A stretch of DNA of 62,121 bases from Polyangiaceae bacterium (lineage in GTDB: Bacteria; Myxococcota_A; Polyangia; Polyangiales; Polyangiaceae): contig JAPSGB010000028.1 in assembly GCA_035063585.1 (NCBI GenBank), positions 1 through 62,121 on the forward strand, in the 5' to 3' direction. Positions 9,439 through 17,854 of this stretch are shown here, in pieces (the stretch's first letter is position 1; the number at the start of each line of letters is the position of its first letter). The notes below the pieces were generated by a model that saw only the letters and a list, made by a program, of their open reading frames with translations, was not told the origin of the DNA and made no database searches. The position numbers and the translations under genes are program-made.

Positions 9439-10464
9439 GTGGGCGACGGGTCGGTCGATCGGATGAACCGTGCGGCCTGGCTCGTGATCACGGCGGTCGC
9501 GATCTGGGCGCTGGCTCCGCGCGCCGCTGAGCAGACGGGAGCACCAGCGAGCGCCGCCGACTCTGCGCGGCGCTCGCCCCCGGCGCCAGAGGCTTCGCTC
9601 GACCCGCTCCGGTTCGTGCCCCGAGGAACGGCCGCGGTCCTGTCGCTCGATCTGAGGCGGCTGCGTCAGAGCCCGCTCGGCGCGCTCCTGACCGCGCCCG
9701 ATCGCGAGCTCGGCGGCATCGGGCGGCTCGAAGCCGTGTGTGGGTTCGATCCCACCGCGCAGATCGAGACGCTCGTGCTTGCTCTGCCGCGCATGGCGGC
9801 AGGAGAGCCGACGGACTTCGGCGTGGTCGCGCTCGGCTCGTTCGACGCCGTGGCCACCCTCGGCTGCGCGAGCGCGGTGATCACGAAGCGCGGCGGCGTG
9901 CCGCTCACCTCGACGCTCGGCTCGTTCACCAGGGTGCGAGCGCGCACCGGAGCAGAGGGCGAGCTCGCGAGCCGCCCGGGAGGGCCGGCGCTCCTCGGAG
10001 ACGGTCGCACGCTCCACGAGCTCGTCGAGGTCGCCGAGGGGTCGGCGCCCTCGCTCGCGGGAGATCGGCTACATCACGCGCTCCGCGTCAGCGTCGGCGA
10101 GGAGAGCGCGCTCCTCGTGAGCGTGGCGCTGCCTGCCGACTGGCTGGAGCAGGCCCTCGACTCCGAGCTCGTCCGGGAGTCGCCGCTGTCGCGGGTCCGG
10201 GCGCTCGCGCTCGGGGCGGACGTCGCGCCCGAGCTCACGGTGCGCGCGGTGGTCGGCTGCGACGACCAGGCGGCCTGCCAGGAGCTCGGCGACCTGCTGG
10301 AGGAGCTCCGCGAACGAGAGCTCGTGCCGTGGCTCGAGCGCGAGCTCACCACCGATCTCGGGCGGCGCGTCGTGCTCGAGCGCGCGGACAGGCAGGTCCG
10401 CGCCATGGTCACGCTCTCCCCGAGCGAGGCCACCGCGCTCCTCGAGCGCGCACTCTCGCAGTGA
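9439..10464 (+). CDS. Hypothetical exported protein
   Basis: Long ORF with host-like codon usage and an N-terminal hydrophobic signal; start is GTG 9439 or ATG 9463. Confidence 0.7.
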   Translation: MGDGSVDRMNRAAWLVITAVAIWALAPRAAEQTGAPASAADSARRSPPAPEASLDPLRFVPRGTAAVLSLDLRRLRQSPLGALLTAPDRELGGIGRLEAVCGFDPTAQIETLVLALPRMAAGEPTDFGVVALGSFDAVATLGCASAVITKRGGVPLTSTLGSFTRVRARTGAEGELASRPGGPALLGDGRTLHELVEVAEGSAPSLAGDRLHHALRVSVGEESALLVSVALPADWLEQALDSELVRESPLSRVRALALGADVAPELTVRAVVGCDDQAACQELGDLLEELRERELVPWLERELTTDLGRRVVLERADRQVRAMVTLSPSEATALLERALSQ

Positions 10465-10479
10465 CCGTGAGCTCGGCCC

Positions 10480-12399
10480 TCACGCCATCATCGCGCGGAG
10501 CAGCTGGCGGACCGCCGACAGATCGAAGGGCTTGTCGAGGCGCGGGTTGGGGACCTTCGACAGGAACTCCTCGGCCTCGGGCGTGTAAGCGCCGCCGGTC
10601 ATGAACACGACCCGCGCCACGGCATCGGGGCGCTTCGTGCCGAGCTCCTCGAACAAGTCGAGCCCGGAGCGCACCGGCATCATCAAGTCACAGAGCACGA
10701 CGTCGAAGCGCAGTGGCTCGGCGAGCAGGAGCGGCAGCGCAGCCTCCACGCTCGGCGCCGAGAGGACCTCGTGCTCGTCACCGAGCATCAGCTTGAGCCC
10801 CTGACTCACGCCCGGATCGTCATCCAAGACGAGGATCCGCGCGCGGCGCATGGGCTCACCCGCGTCGCGCACGCTCGACGGCGGCGTCGCCGCCGTTGGA
10901 TCGGGCCGCGCGGCCGCGGGAAGCTCCACGCGGTACGTCGTGCCCCGACCCGGCCGACTCTCGACGTGGAGCGAGCCGCCCATCGAGCTGACGACGCTAC
11001 TTACGATCGGTAGCCCGAGCCGGTCCCTGGCCTGCTGCTCGCTCTCGACCCTCGGCGGCCCGCTCGACCGCGGTCGCTCGTGACGAGCGGTCCCCGGGCC
11101 ATTGTCCGAGATCTCGACCACTACCAGCCCCGACGGCTCCAAGCGCGCGCTCACGCGCAGCTCGCCGCGCTCGGCCTCGTCTTCGGGGAGCGACTGCGCT
11201 GCGTGAACCAGCAGGTTGAGGAACACCTGCTCCAAGCGGCCCTCCCCCGCCATCACGGGCGGCACGTCTTCATAGTGCGCTATCAAGCTGCCGCGATGCT
11301 TGATCTCATTTTCGACGATCGACACCGTCTGCGCCAAGATCTCGCGCACGTCCACCGGGGTGAGGACTCGATCGCGCACGCGAGAGAAGGCGCGCATGTT
11401 GCGGACCACCTTGGCGACCCGCGCGGCCCCGTCGCAGGTCTCGGTGAGACGCGCGAGCACGCCGGGGAGCCCGCTGGGATCCTCGGCGAGCGCGGGGAGC
11501 GCGCGCTCGAGATGCTCGAGGTTCAAGAGCACATACGAGAGTGGGTTATTGATGGCGTGGGCCATCCCTCCCGCGAGCAGGCCGAGCGCCGCGAGCCGGT
11601 CGGCCTGAAGGAGTTGCGCCTCGATCTGCCTTCTCTCGGTGACGTCGCGGCCGAAAGAGAGCACGCCGGGCACCCCGCCGAGGTCGATGACCATCGAGCT
11701 TACGTCGATCGTGAGGAACGCGCCGTCGCGCCGCCGAATTCGGTACTCGAAGGGCGAGAGTCGCTGGCGCTCCACGAGCATTTTGCCGGCGCGCTCCTCG
11801 AGCGGCGCGAGGTCGTCCGGGTGGACGAACTCGCTCGCGGCGGCGCCGATGAGCTCGCTCGCGTCGTGGTAGCCGAAGAGCTCGAGCGCGGCGGCGTTCA
11901 CGTAAGAGATTTTCTGCTCTTCCATGATCCACACCGCCTCGGGCGCGCGCTCGATGAGCATGCGGAACCGCGCCTCGGAGCTCCGCAGGGCCTGCTCGGC
12001 GGCGCGACGGTGGGTCACGTCGACCACGAACGAGACGGCGACCCGCGCGCCGTCGATCCACGCCTCCGTCACCTTGAGCTCGACCGGCGTGGTCGTGCCG
12101 TCCGGCCGCACGACGACGGTGTCGATCTGGGCCGGGAGCGGCGCGCCGGCGCCGAGGTCTTCGACCTGCTCATCCATGTGCTCGCGGGCCGCCGGCGCTA
12201 TGAGCGTGAGGGTCGGCAGCGCGAGCAGCTCCTCGCGCGAGCGGCCGAGGAGCCGCAGGACCGCGTCGCTCGCGTAGAGCGTTCGAGGATTTCCGGTTCG
12301 CGCGGTGGTGACCACGAGGCCGATACCCGCCGCGTTCGCCGCCTCGATGAGCGGCTCGGCGAAGTAGTTCAGGTCCTGGTCATTCGCTCGCATCGGCAC
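10480..12399 (-). CDS. Hybrid sensor: 2 PAS domains, histidine kinase-like domain and receiver domain (degenerate kinase motifs)
   Basis: Two PAS domains, GMAHAINNPL H-box, EQVFLNLL, DNGPG, and a C-terminal REC domain (VLDDD..CDLMMP..KPF). Confidence 0.9.
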   Translation of the reverse strand: MPMRANDQDLNYFAEPLIEAANAAGIGLVVTTARTGNPRTLYASDAVLRLLGRSREELLALPTLTLIAPAAREHMDEQVEDLGAGAPLPAQIDTVVVRPDGTTTPVELKVTEAWIDGARVAVSFVVDVTHRRAAEQALRSSEARFRMLIERAPEAVWIMEEQKISYVNAAALELFGYHDASELIGAAASEFVHPDDLAPLEERAGKMLVERQRLSPFEYRIRRRDGAFLTIDVSSMVIDLGGVPGVLSFGRDVTERRQIEAQLLQADRLAALGLLAGGMAHAINNPLSYVLLNLEHLERALPALAEDPSGLPGVLARLTETCDGAARVAKVVRNMRAFSRVRDRVLTPVDVREILAQTVSIVENEIKHRGSLIAHYEDVPPVMAGEGRLEQVFLNLLVHAAQSLPEDEAERGELRVSARLEPSGLVVVEISDNGPGTARHERPRSSGPPRVESEQQARDRLGLPIVSSVVSSMGGSLHVESRPGRGTTYRVELPAAARPDPTAATPPSSVRDAGEPMRRARILVLDDDPGVSQGLKLMLGDEHEVLSAPSVEAALPLLLAEPLRFDVVLCDLMMPVRSGLDLFEELGTKRPDAVARVVFMTGGAYTPEAEEFLSKVPNPRLDKPFDLSAVRQLLRAMMA

Positions 12400-12418
12400 C
12401 CCCGCACCGTCGGCCTGC

Positions 12419-13270
12419 TCAGGGAAACCAGGCCCGGAGCCTCGTCGCGAGCGCCGCGATGAGCGGCGCGCGGTCCACTTCGTTCAAGACCTCGTGGTAG
12501 AGGCCGTCGAGGACTCGGAGCTCTTTGTCCGGGCTGGCGACCCGCTCGAAGACGCGGCGCGTGGCGGCGAGCGCCGCCACCCGGTCGTCGCCAGCCGCCA
12601 TCACGAACACCGGGAGGCGGAGCTCGCCGGCGCGCGCGAGCGCCTCCTCTTGAGCGCGCGTCGTCTCGGTGAACCAGCGCGCGCTGCAGCGCTTCACGCC
12701 GAGCGGGTCGTTGTCGTAGGCGCGCGCGATCTCGGCGTCGTGCGTCACGTGCGCGCCGGACAGCCCGGTCGGCTGCGAGAAGCGCGGAAACCACCGGCTC
12801 ATCCCGCGTCCGAGCGCGAGCTTCACGGCGGGGACCTCGAGCGCGAGGCCGAAGAACGGCGAGGTGAGCGCCAGCCCCGAGAAGCGGTCTGGCGCCGAGA
12901 GCGCGAGGTGCGTGCTGATGAGGCCGCCCAGGCTGTGCCCGAAGAGCGCGGGCCGCTCGATACGCCCGAACTCGGCGTCCGCGCGGAGCTCGTCGAGGAG
13001 CGCGGTCGCGTCGCGGACGTAGTCCTCGAACGCGAGCACGTGGCCGCGCTCGCCTCCGGAGCGGCCGTGACCGCGGAGATCGTAGGTCGCGACGAGCAGC
13101 CGCTGTTCGGTGAGCGCGGCGACCACCTCGTCGTACCGGCCGCTGTGCTCGCCAAAGCCGTGCGTGACGAGCACCGCGCCCGCGGCCTCGACATCGGGGA
13201 CGTGAAGCGCGTATGCGATGCGCGGCTCCGCGCCGGAGCCGCGCTCGAGGGTGCCTCGGATGGTGTGCAG
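12419..13270 (-). CDS. Alpha/beta hydrolase (lysophospholipase/monoacylglycerol lipase family)
   Basis: HGFGEHSGRY, DLRGHGRS, GHSLGG nucleophile motif, YHEVLNE. The first canonical start (GTG 13174) cuts off the N-terminal strands, so the in-frame CTG at 13270 is proposed. Confidence 0.88.
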   Translation of the reverse strand: MHTIRGTLERGSGAEPRIAYALHVPDVEAAGAVLVTHGFGEHSGRYDEVVAALTEQRLLVATYDLRGHGRSGGERGHVLAFEDYVRDATALLDELRADAEFGRIERPALFGHSLGGLISTHLALSAPDRFSGLALTSPFFGLALEVPAVKLALGRGMSRWFPRFSQPTGLSGAHVTHDAEIARAYDNDPLGVKRCSARWFTETTRAQEEALARAGELRLPVFVMAAGDDRVAALAATRRVFERVASPDKELRVLDGLYHEVLNEVDRAPLIAALATRLRAWFP

Positions 13271-13273
13271 GAC

Positions 13274-14152
13274 TCAGCCGCCTTCGAACCCGACCGTGAC
13301 GTACTCGGTCGGCGGATCGAGCTTTCGGTCCTTGCTATCCGGTGTCAAGACCTTGCTCTCGTCGCTCTTGTCGACGAGCTCGATCACGAATTCGAGCGCC
13401 ACGTTCGCCGGCTCGCGGGTCCGGAGCCCGATGTCGAAGCCGGTAAGCCCGGGGACGATGGGGGGCCGATAGGGCGCGACGAGCGGGTCATCGTACGAGC
13501 GATTCGCCCACGAGAACGCGTGGTTCACGAGCGTCGCGGGTGAGTCCGCGGCGTCCATCTCGGCGGGGTCGCCGGGCGGGACGGTCGCGATGATGTTCAT
13601 CACGGTCGCGAAGTCGACCGCGAGCTCGTGCAGGTCGTCGAAGGTGAAGGTGCCGTGGATACGTGAGGCGTCCCCGGCCCGCGTGCCATCGACGAACATC
13701 ACCCGGTCGATGCCGGAGAGGTTCGGCTGGAACTCGTTCTGCTGCGGGTTGGTGAGGTTCATGCCCGGCCAGTAGCGCCCGAACTCGTTCCACGGATCGA
13801 CCAGGAGCTCGACCGCGTGCCCGTCCCGATCGAGGTTCGAGATCGTCCAGGTGACCTGAAGCTGCACCTCGCCGGAGGTCACCCACGGCCCGCGCGGGAA
13901 GGGCGGCGCCTTCACCCGCCAGAGCGGCTCGCGCTCGCTCTGGCTCGGCCGGCGGATGGCGAGCGGCACGCTCAGCTTGCGCTCGTAGAGCGTCATCTCG
14001 CGATCCGAGTAGATGGGCGTGTCCGCCGCGCTCATCGCCATCTGCTGCGGCTCGAGCGTCTGCTTCTCGCCCTCGCTCGCTCCGCAGCCGAGCGCGCCCA
14101 TCGCGACGACCGCCGCCGCGAGCAGGGCGTAGGAGGGGGCGCCAGACCCCAT
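13274..14152 (-). CDS. Hypothetical lipoprotein
   Basis: Signal peptide with lipobox ALGC after ATG 14152 (alternative ATG 14206); coding-like composition. Confidence 0.75.
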   Translation of the reverse strand: MGSGAPSYALLAAAVVAMGALGCGASEGEKQTLEPQQMAMSAADTPIYSDREMTLYERKLSVPLAIRRPSQSEREPLWRVKAPPFPRGPWVTSGEVQLQVTWTISNLDRDGHAVELLVDPWNEFGRYWPGMNLTNPQQNEFQPNLSGIDRVMFVDGTRAGDASRIHGTFTFDDLHELAVDFATVMNIIATVPPGDPAEMDAADSPATLVNHAFSWANRSYDDPLVAPYRPPIVPGLTGFDIGLRTREPANVALEFVIELVDKSDESKVLTPDSKDRKLDPPTEYVTVGFEGG

Positions 14153-14342
14153 ATTGGGGCCTGTAAACCCCACTACCAAACCTCTAACCGCCCGTGATTT
14201 CGCCATCTTTTCAGCCCTCTCGCCGGCGTAGCCCGAGAGAGCTTGCCAGCCTCGTGCCACCGCCGCGAGCCACCCCTTGGCCGCTCGGGTGTTGCCGGTG
14301 CGGCGCGAGGCAGAGCCCGGGCGGCTCGCGCGGCTCGTCATG

Positions 14343-15749
14343 TCAGCGCTTCTTGGCGGGACGGAAGAAGAGCGGCCAGCTCGCCCCGGTCGCCTTGTCC
14401 GCCGCTGGAAACTGGAGGCGCTGGAACTGCCGCAGGATACAGCTCTCGGCGCGCGGGTTACCGAGCGTGGAGCCGCCGACGCTCGCGCTCGAGACCGAGC
14501 CGCCCGGCGTGATGCTGAAGCTCACCGTCACGCCGCCCTTGAGCTCGGGATCGCGGGCCGCGGCGATCTCGTAGCAGGCGCGGAACGCGCCCGCGCGCGA
14601 GTTCACCACTCGCGAGATCTGACCGGGCGAGAGCCCTTGGCCCGCCTTCGGCGCGTCCGCGCCGGTGACCTTGCGCTCCGAGGTGCCGGAGCCGTCGCCG
14701 GTGCCGGTGCCTCCGCCGCGCCCACCGCGCCCGGTGCCGCCCGAGCCCGGACCCCCGGGCCCGCCGGTCCCCGCGCCGAACCCACCCCCACGCCCGGGAC
14801 CCCACCCGGTGTCGAGCGTCCCCGAGCCGAAGGGCACGCCCGGACCGTCGCCGCCGCCGCCGCTGCCGGTGCCGCGGAGCCCGGTGCCGGGGCCGCGTCC
14901 GAGCACGATCCGATCGGAGCGCAGCCCGCCGAGCGCGTCGGCGACCGAGCTGATGGTGCCGAGCGTCTTCTTCACCTCGTCCCCGACGTCGCTGCTGAGC
15001 ACGTCGGCCATCCCGCCGAGGCCGTTCCGCACTTCGCCGGGGAGCTCGGTCTTGTCCTCCTTGCCCTGGCGCCCGAGGAGCCCCTCCTTTCCGGCCATCT
15101 TGCGGCCGCCGCCGGCGGGCTTGGGATCCTTGGCGCCCGGGTTCTCGACGCCCGAGCCCTTGTCCTTGTCCTGACCCGTCTCGGGCTTCGGCTCGGGCTC
15201 GGGCTCCTCCTTGATGTTGAAGCGGAGCAGGAGCTCCTGCTGGCTCGTGAGCTCGAGGGGCTTCTCGATGGCGGGCGGCGAGGTGATGGCCCAGAGGAGG
15301 AGCAGTCCGCCGACGACCGCGACGGTCGAGAAGACGAACGCGAAGAGCAGCCCCCACTCGATCCGGCGGCGCTGCTTGATGAGCGGCGGCGCGTGCGTGA
15401 ACTGGAAGAACACCGAGAACGCGCCGTACTGGAGCAGCCCGTAGTCCCCGGCGACGATCGGGATGGGCGCGCCGGAGCGGGCGAGCTCGACGGGGCTCTC
15501 TTCGCGCCCGCGAAGCCAGAGCCTCCCGCCGGTCGCGCCGCGCGCGTCGAGCTCCCACCCCGAGCCGACCGCGCGCACGGGGTAGTCGGACGCGAGCGAG
15601 CCGTCCGGCTTCGCGATCACCGCGCCTTCACCCTCGCCGAGCTGAAACGAGCTGCCGGGCGTGAGATTTCTCACCTCGAGCACGGTGGTGCCCCACACCG
15701 CAGCGGCGCGCAGCACGATGGGCGTCGAGGCGGGGCTCGCGGCGCTCAT
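14343..15749 (-). CDS. AgmX/PglI C-terminal domain protein (GltG/GltJ-like: TM, Gly-rich linker, TonB-C-like domain)
   Basis: Single TM, Gly-rich linker, C-terminal ISRVV...FRACYE...PELKGGVTVSFSI..GSV...ESCI...LQFP...WPLFF. Confidence 0.85.
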   Translation of the reverse strand: MSAASPASTPIVLRAAAVWGTTVLEVRNLTPGSSFQLGEGEGAVIAKPDGSLASDYPVRAVGSGWELDARGATGGRLWLRGREESPVELARSGAPIPIVAGDYGLLQYGAFSVFFQFTHAPPLIKQRRRIEWGLLFAFVFSTVAVVGGLLLLWAITSPPAIEKPLELTSQQELLLRFNIKEEPEPEPKPETGQDKDKGSGVENPGAKDPKPAGGGRKMAGKEGLLGRQGKEDKTELPGEVRNGLGGMADVLSSDVGDEVKKTLGTISSVADALGGLRSDRIVLGRGPGTGLRGTGSGGGGDGPGVPFGSGTLDTGWGPGRGGGFGAGTGGPGGPGSGGTGRGGRGGGTGTGDGSGTSERKVTGADAPKAGQGLSPGQISRVVNSRAGAFRACYEIAAARDPELKGGVTVSFSITPGGSVSSASVGGSTLGNPRAESCILRQFQRLQFPAADKATGASWPLFFRPAKKR

Positions 15750-16213
15750 CGGAAGGCCGGATCGCGACGGGTGTCGCTGAGCTCACGCATGAACGAGCGG
15801 TGCCCGAGCTCGCCCGAGGCGAACTCCGCGCGCACGCGCCGCAAGAAATAGAGGACCTGCGGCGACTTGAGGCGCCCCTCGACCTCCTGCACACCGAACT
15901 TGTACGTCTTCACGCCGCTGTCTCCCTGCTCGCTCACGCCGACCACGCCCGCCCCCGCGTCGGCGGCGCTCGCGGGTGCGCCGACCGCGCGCGGTTTGGG
16001 AGCGGCAGCGGGCTCCACCGGCGGCGCGGCGGAGTCGGCCGGCGCGACCTCGGCGGACGCCGCGGCCTTGCCGCCCTTCTTCTTCGCTGGCTGGGCGGCC
16101 CGCTTCGGGTGCGCTGCCGCTCGCGGCTGCGCGCCGACCGTCGGCGCGACGCCGAGCGCGAGCCCGCCGCCGAGGAGCAGCGCGGAGACGAAGACCGGGA
16201 CGCCGTGGCGCAT
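15746..16213 (-). CDS. GltF/CglF-like small exported protein
   Basis: Signal peptide; C-terminal YKFGVQEVEGRLKSPQVLYFLRR...F...RSFMREL pattern; ATGA-coupled to the GltG-like gene as in gltF-gltG pairs. Confidence 0.65.
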   Translation of the reverse strand: MRHGVPVFVSALLLGGGLALGVAPTVGAQPRAAAHPKRAAQPAKKKGGKAAASAEVAPADSAAPPVEPAAAPKPRAVGAPASAADAGAGVVGVSEQGDSGVKTYKFGVQEVEGRLKSPQVLYFLRRVRAEFASGELGHRSFMRELSDTRRDPAFR

Positions 16214-16269
16214 GCGCGGCGAGCATAACCCGAAACGCCACGGGCCGTCAGCTCGCGCGCATTTCGTCC

Positions 16270-16296
16270 GCAACTCACCCCCGGACACGCCGAACC
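16270..16296 (+). promoter_or_regulatory. Possible sigma28/FliA-WhiG-type promoter (GCAA-N15-GCCGAACC)
   Basis: Partial match to the TAAA-N15-GCCGATAA consensus with exact spacing, 47 nt upstream of ATG 16344. Confidence 0.35.
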
Positions 16297-16343
16297 ATGG
16301 GGGACGCCAGCCCCCGGCTCGGCGCGCATCAAGGAGACCTACG

Positions 16344-17072
16344 ATGGCCATCATCGACGGAAATTCACCCAAGCAAACCGTCATCGACATGAACAGCCCG
16401 AAGCTCGACGCCTGGTACCAGGGAGAGGACGGCGCAGAGGTCGCGGCGCACGTCTCGGAGGCGCCTGCTTACGACCTCGACAGCGCGACCGGTATCATGG
16501 CTTTCTACGCGGAAAAGGCAGGCGAGCTCCGCAAGGATCGGCGGAAGCTCCTCGACGCCTCCCAGCGCAACAGCAAGATCTCGAAGGAGCTCAGCGACAT
16601 CATGGGCGCGATCGGAAACTCGAGCCGCGACCACCGCTACGCCGACGTCGCCATCGCGATTCGTGACTTTCTCAAGGAGCACCGCGACGACCCGAACTTC
16701 GCGCAGCTCCGTGACACGCTACAGCCGATGCTCGACCGCTTCACGGCGGCGGCAATGACCCATAGTAGCTATACCCGGGATCAGGAGTTGGTGGAGAGCG
16801 AACACGTGCTAGATGCCGTCGATTCGGACAACTACAATCTCATCTTGAGTCGAGATTTCAACCCCGACACTATCCTCGGGAGCGCGCATCTCGACGGATA
16901 CCAGAAGCAGGTTCAAGGCTTGCTCGACGAATACTCCCACGACGACGCGCTCACGCAGATGTCGCTCGCGGACGTCCAAGCGAAGCTGGGCCAGGCAGCG
17001 ACCCTGGCATCGAATGTGTTGAAGTCGATGAACGACACCGTCGCCGGCATCATCGGCACGATGAGGGGTTGA
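16344..17072 (+). CDS. Putative T3SS needle-tip/filament-like protein (EspA/SseB/Bsp22-like C-terminus)
   Basis: AAGGAG RBS; no signal peptide; helical; C-terminus QMSLADVQAKLGQAATLASNVLKSMNDTVAGIIGTMRG resembles T3SS tip/filament polymerisation helices. Confidence 0.6.
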   Translation: MAIIDGNSPKQTVIDMNSPKLDAWYQGEDGAEVAAHVSEAPAYDLDSATGIMAFYAEKAGELRKDRRKLLDASQRNSKISKELSDIMGAIGNSSRDHRYADVAIAIRDFLKEHRDDPNFAQLRDTLQPMLDRFTAAAMTHSSYTRDQELVESEHVLDAVDSDNYNLILSRDFNPDTILGSAHLDGYQKQVQGLLDEYSHDDALTQMSLADVQAKLGQAATLASNVLKSMNDTVAGIIGTMRG

Positions 17073-17074
17073 TC

Positions 17075-17854
17075 ATGGACGCACGACTTTCCACAGGCAG
17101 CGGGTCGGTCTACGCGCTCGACCCCGAGCTCCAGGTGATGCAGGCCAGCATCGAGACGCAGGACACCCGCAAGGCGAACGCACGCGAGCAGATCGACGCC
17201 GGAGCGGAGGCCCAGAAGCGACACCGCAAGGACGCCGAGGAGGCGCAGCGCCGCGCGCGCGAGGCGGCCGAGGAGTCCGGCTTCCTCGGCGGCGTCTCGA
17301 AGGTGCTCGGCAGCGACGTCGCGATGGTCGCCGGCGGCGTCGCGATGGGCGCCGCGGCGGTGGCGACGGGCGGCGCGGCGGTGCCGGCGATGGTGGTCGC
17401 GGCGGGCCTGATGACGGCCTCGAAGTACGGCGCGGACCATGGCTGGGATCCCAAGCTGTGCGCCGGGCTCGGCCTCGCCGGCGCGGCGGCGGGGCTCGCC
17501 ACCGGCAACGCCGGCGCGCTCGGCAACCTCGCGCAGGTCGGCCAGACCACGGCCGCCACCGCGGAAGCGGTCGGTGGCCTGGCCTCGGCGGCGCAAGGCG
17601 CCGCGGTGGTCGCGGGCGGCGCGACCGGGATCGCCGCCGGCGTCTACGACGCGCGCGCGCAGGAGGCTCGCGCCGACGCCAAGGGCGCCGACGGCCGCGC
17701 GGAAGCGGACGGCGCGAAGATCGACGACGGGATCGAGTCGATGAAGAAGGCGCAGCGGAGCCAGACGCGGAGCGTCGACCTCGCGAGCCAGGCGCAAGCG
17801 GAGCGCCACGACGCCATGTCCCAGCTCGCCGCGCGGGCGGGAGGTGGGCGGTGA
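17075..17854 (+). CDS. Putative T3SS major translocator-like protein (SctE: YopB/IpaB/EspD/SseC-like)
   Basis: A charged coiled coil ending EAAEESGFLGGVSKVLG, then hydrophobic AAAVATGGAAVPAMVVAAGLM, a second Gly/Ala-rich hydrophobic segment and a C-terminal coiled coil. Confidence 0.65.
   Translation: MDARLSTGSGSVYALDPELQVMQASIETQDTRKANAREQIDAGAEAQKRHRKDAEEAQRRAREAAEESGFLGGVSKVLGSDVAMVAGGVAMGAAAVATGGAAVPAMVVAAGLMTASKYGADHGWDPKLCAGLGLAGAAAGLATGNAGALGNLAQVGQTTAATAEAVGGLASAAQGAAVVAGGATGIAAGVYDARAQEARADAKGADGRAEADGAKIDDGIESMKKAQRSQTRSVDLASQAQAERHDAMSQLAARAGGGR

Noticed and set aside
8983..10017. N-terminal extension of gshB (666-aa ORF)
   Set aside because: It is the antisense shadow of two plus-strand genes; GshB similarity starts at GTG 8982.
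15867..16343. N-terminal extension of the tip-like ORF (401 aa)
   Set aside because: Antisense to the gltF-like gene; the strong RBS marks ATG 16344.
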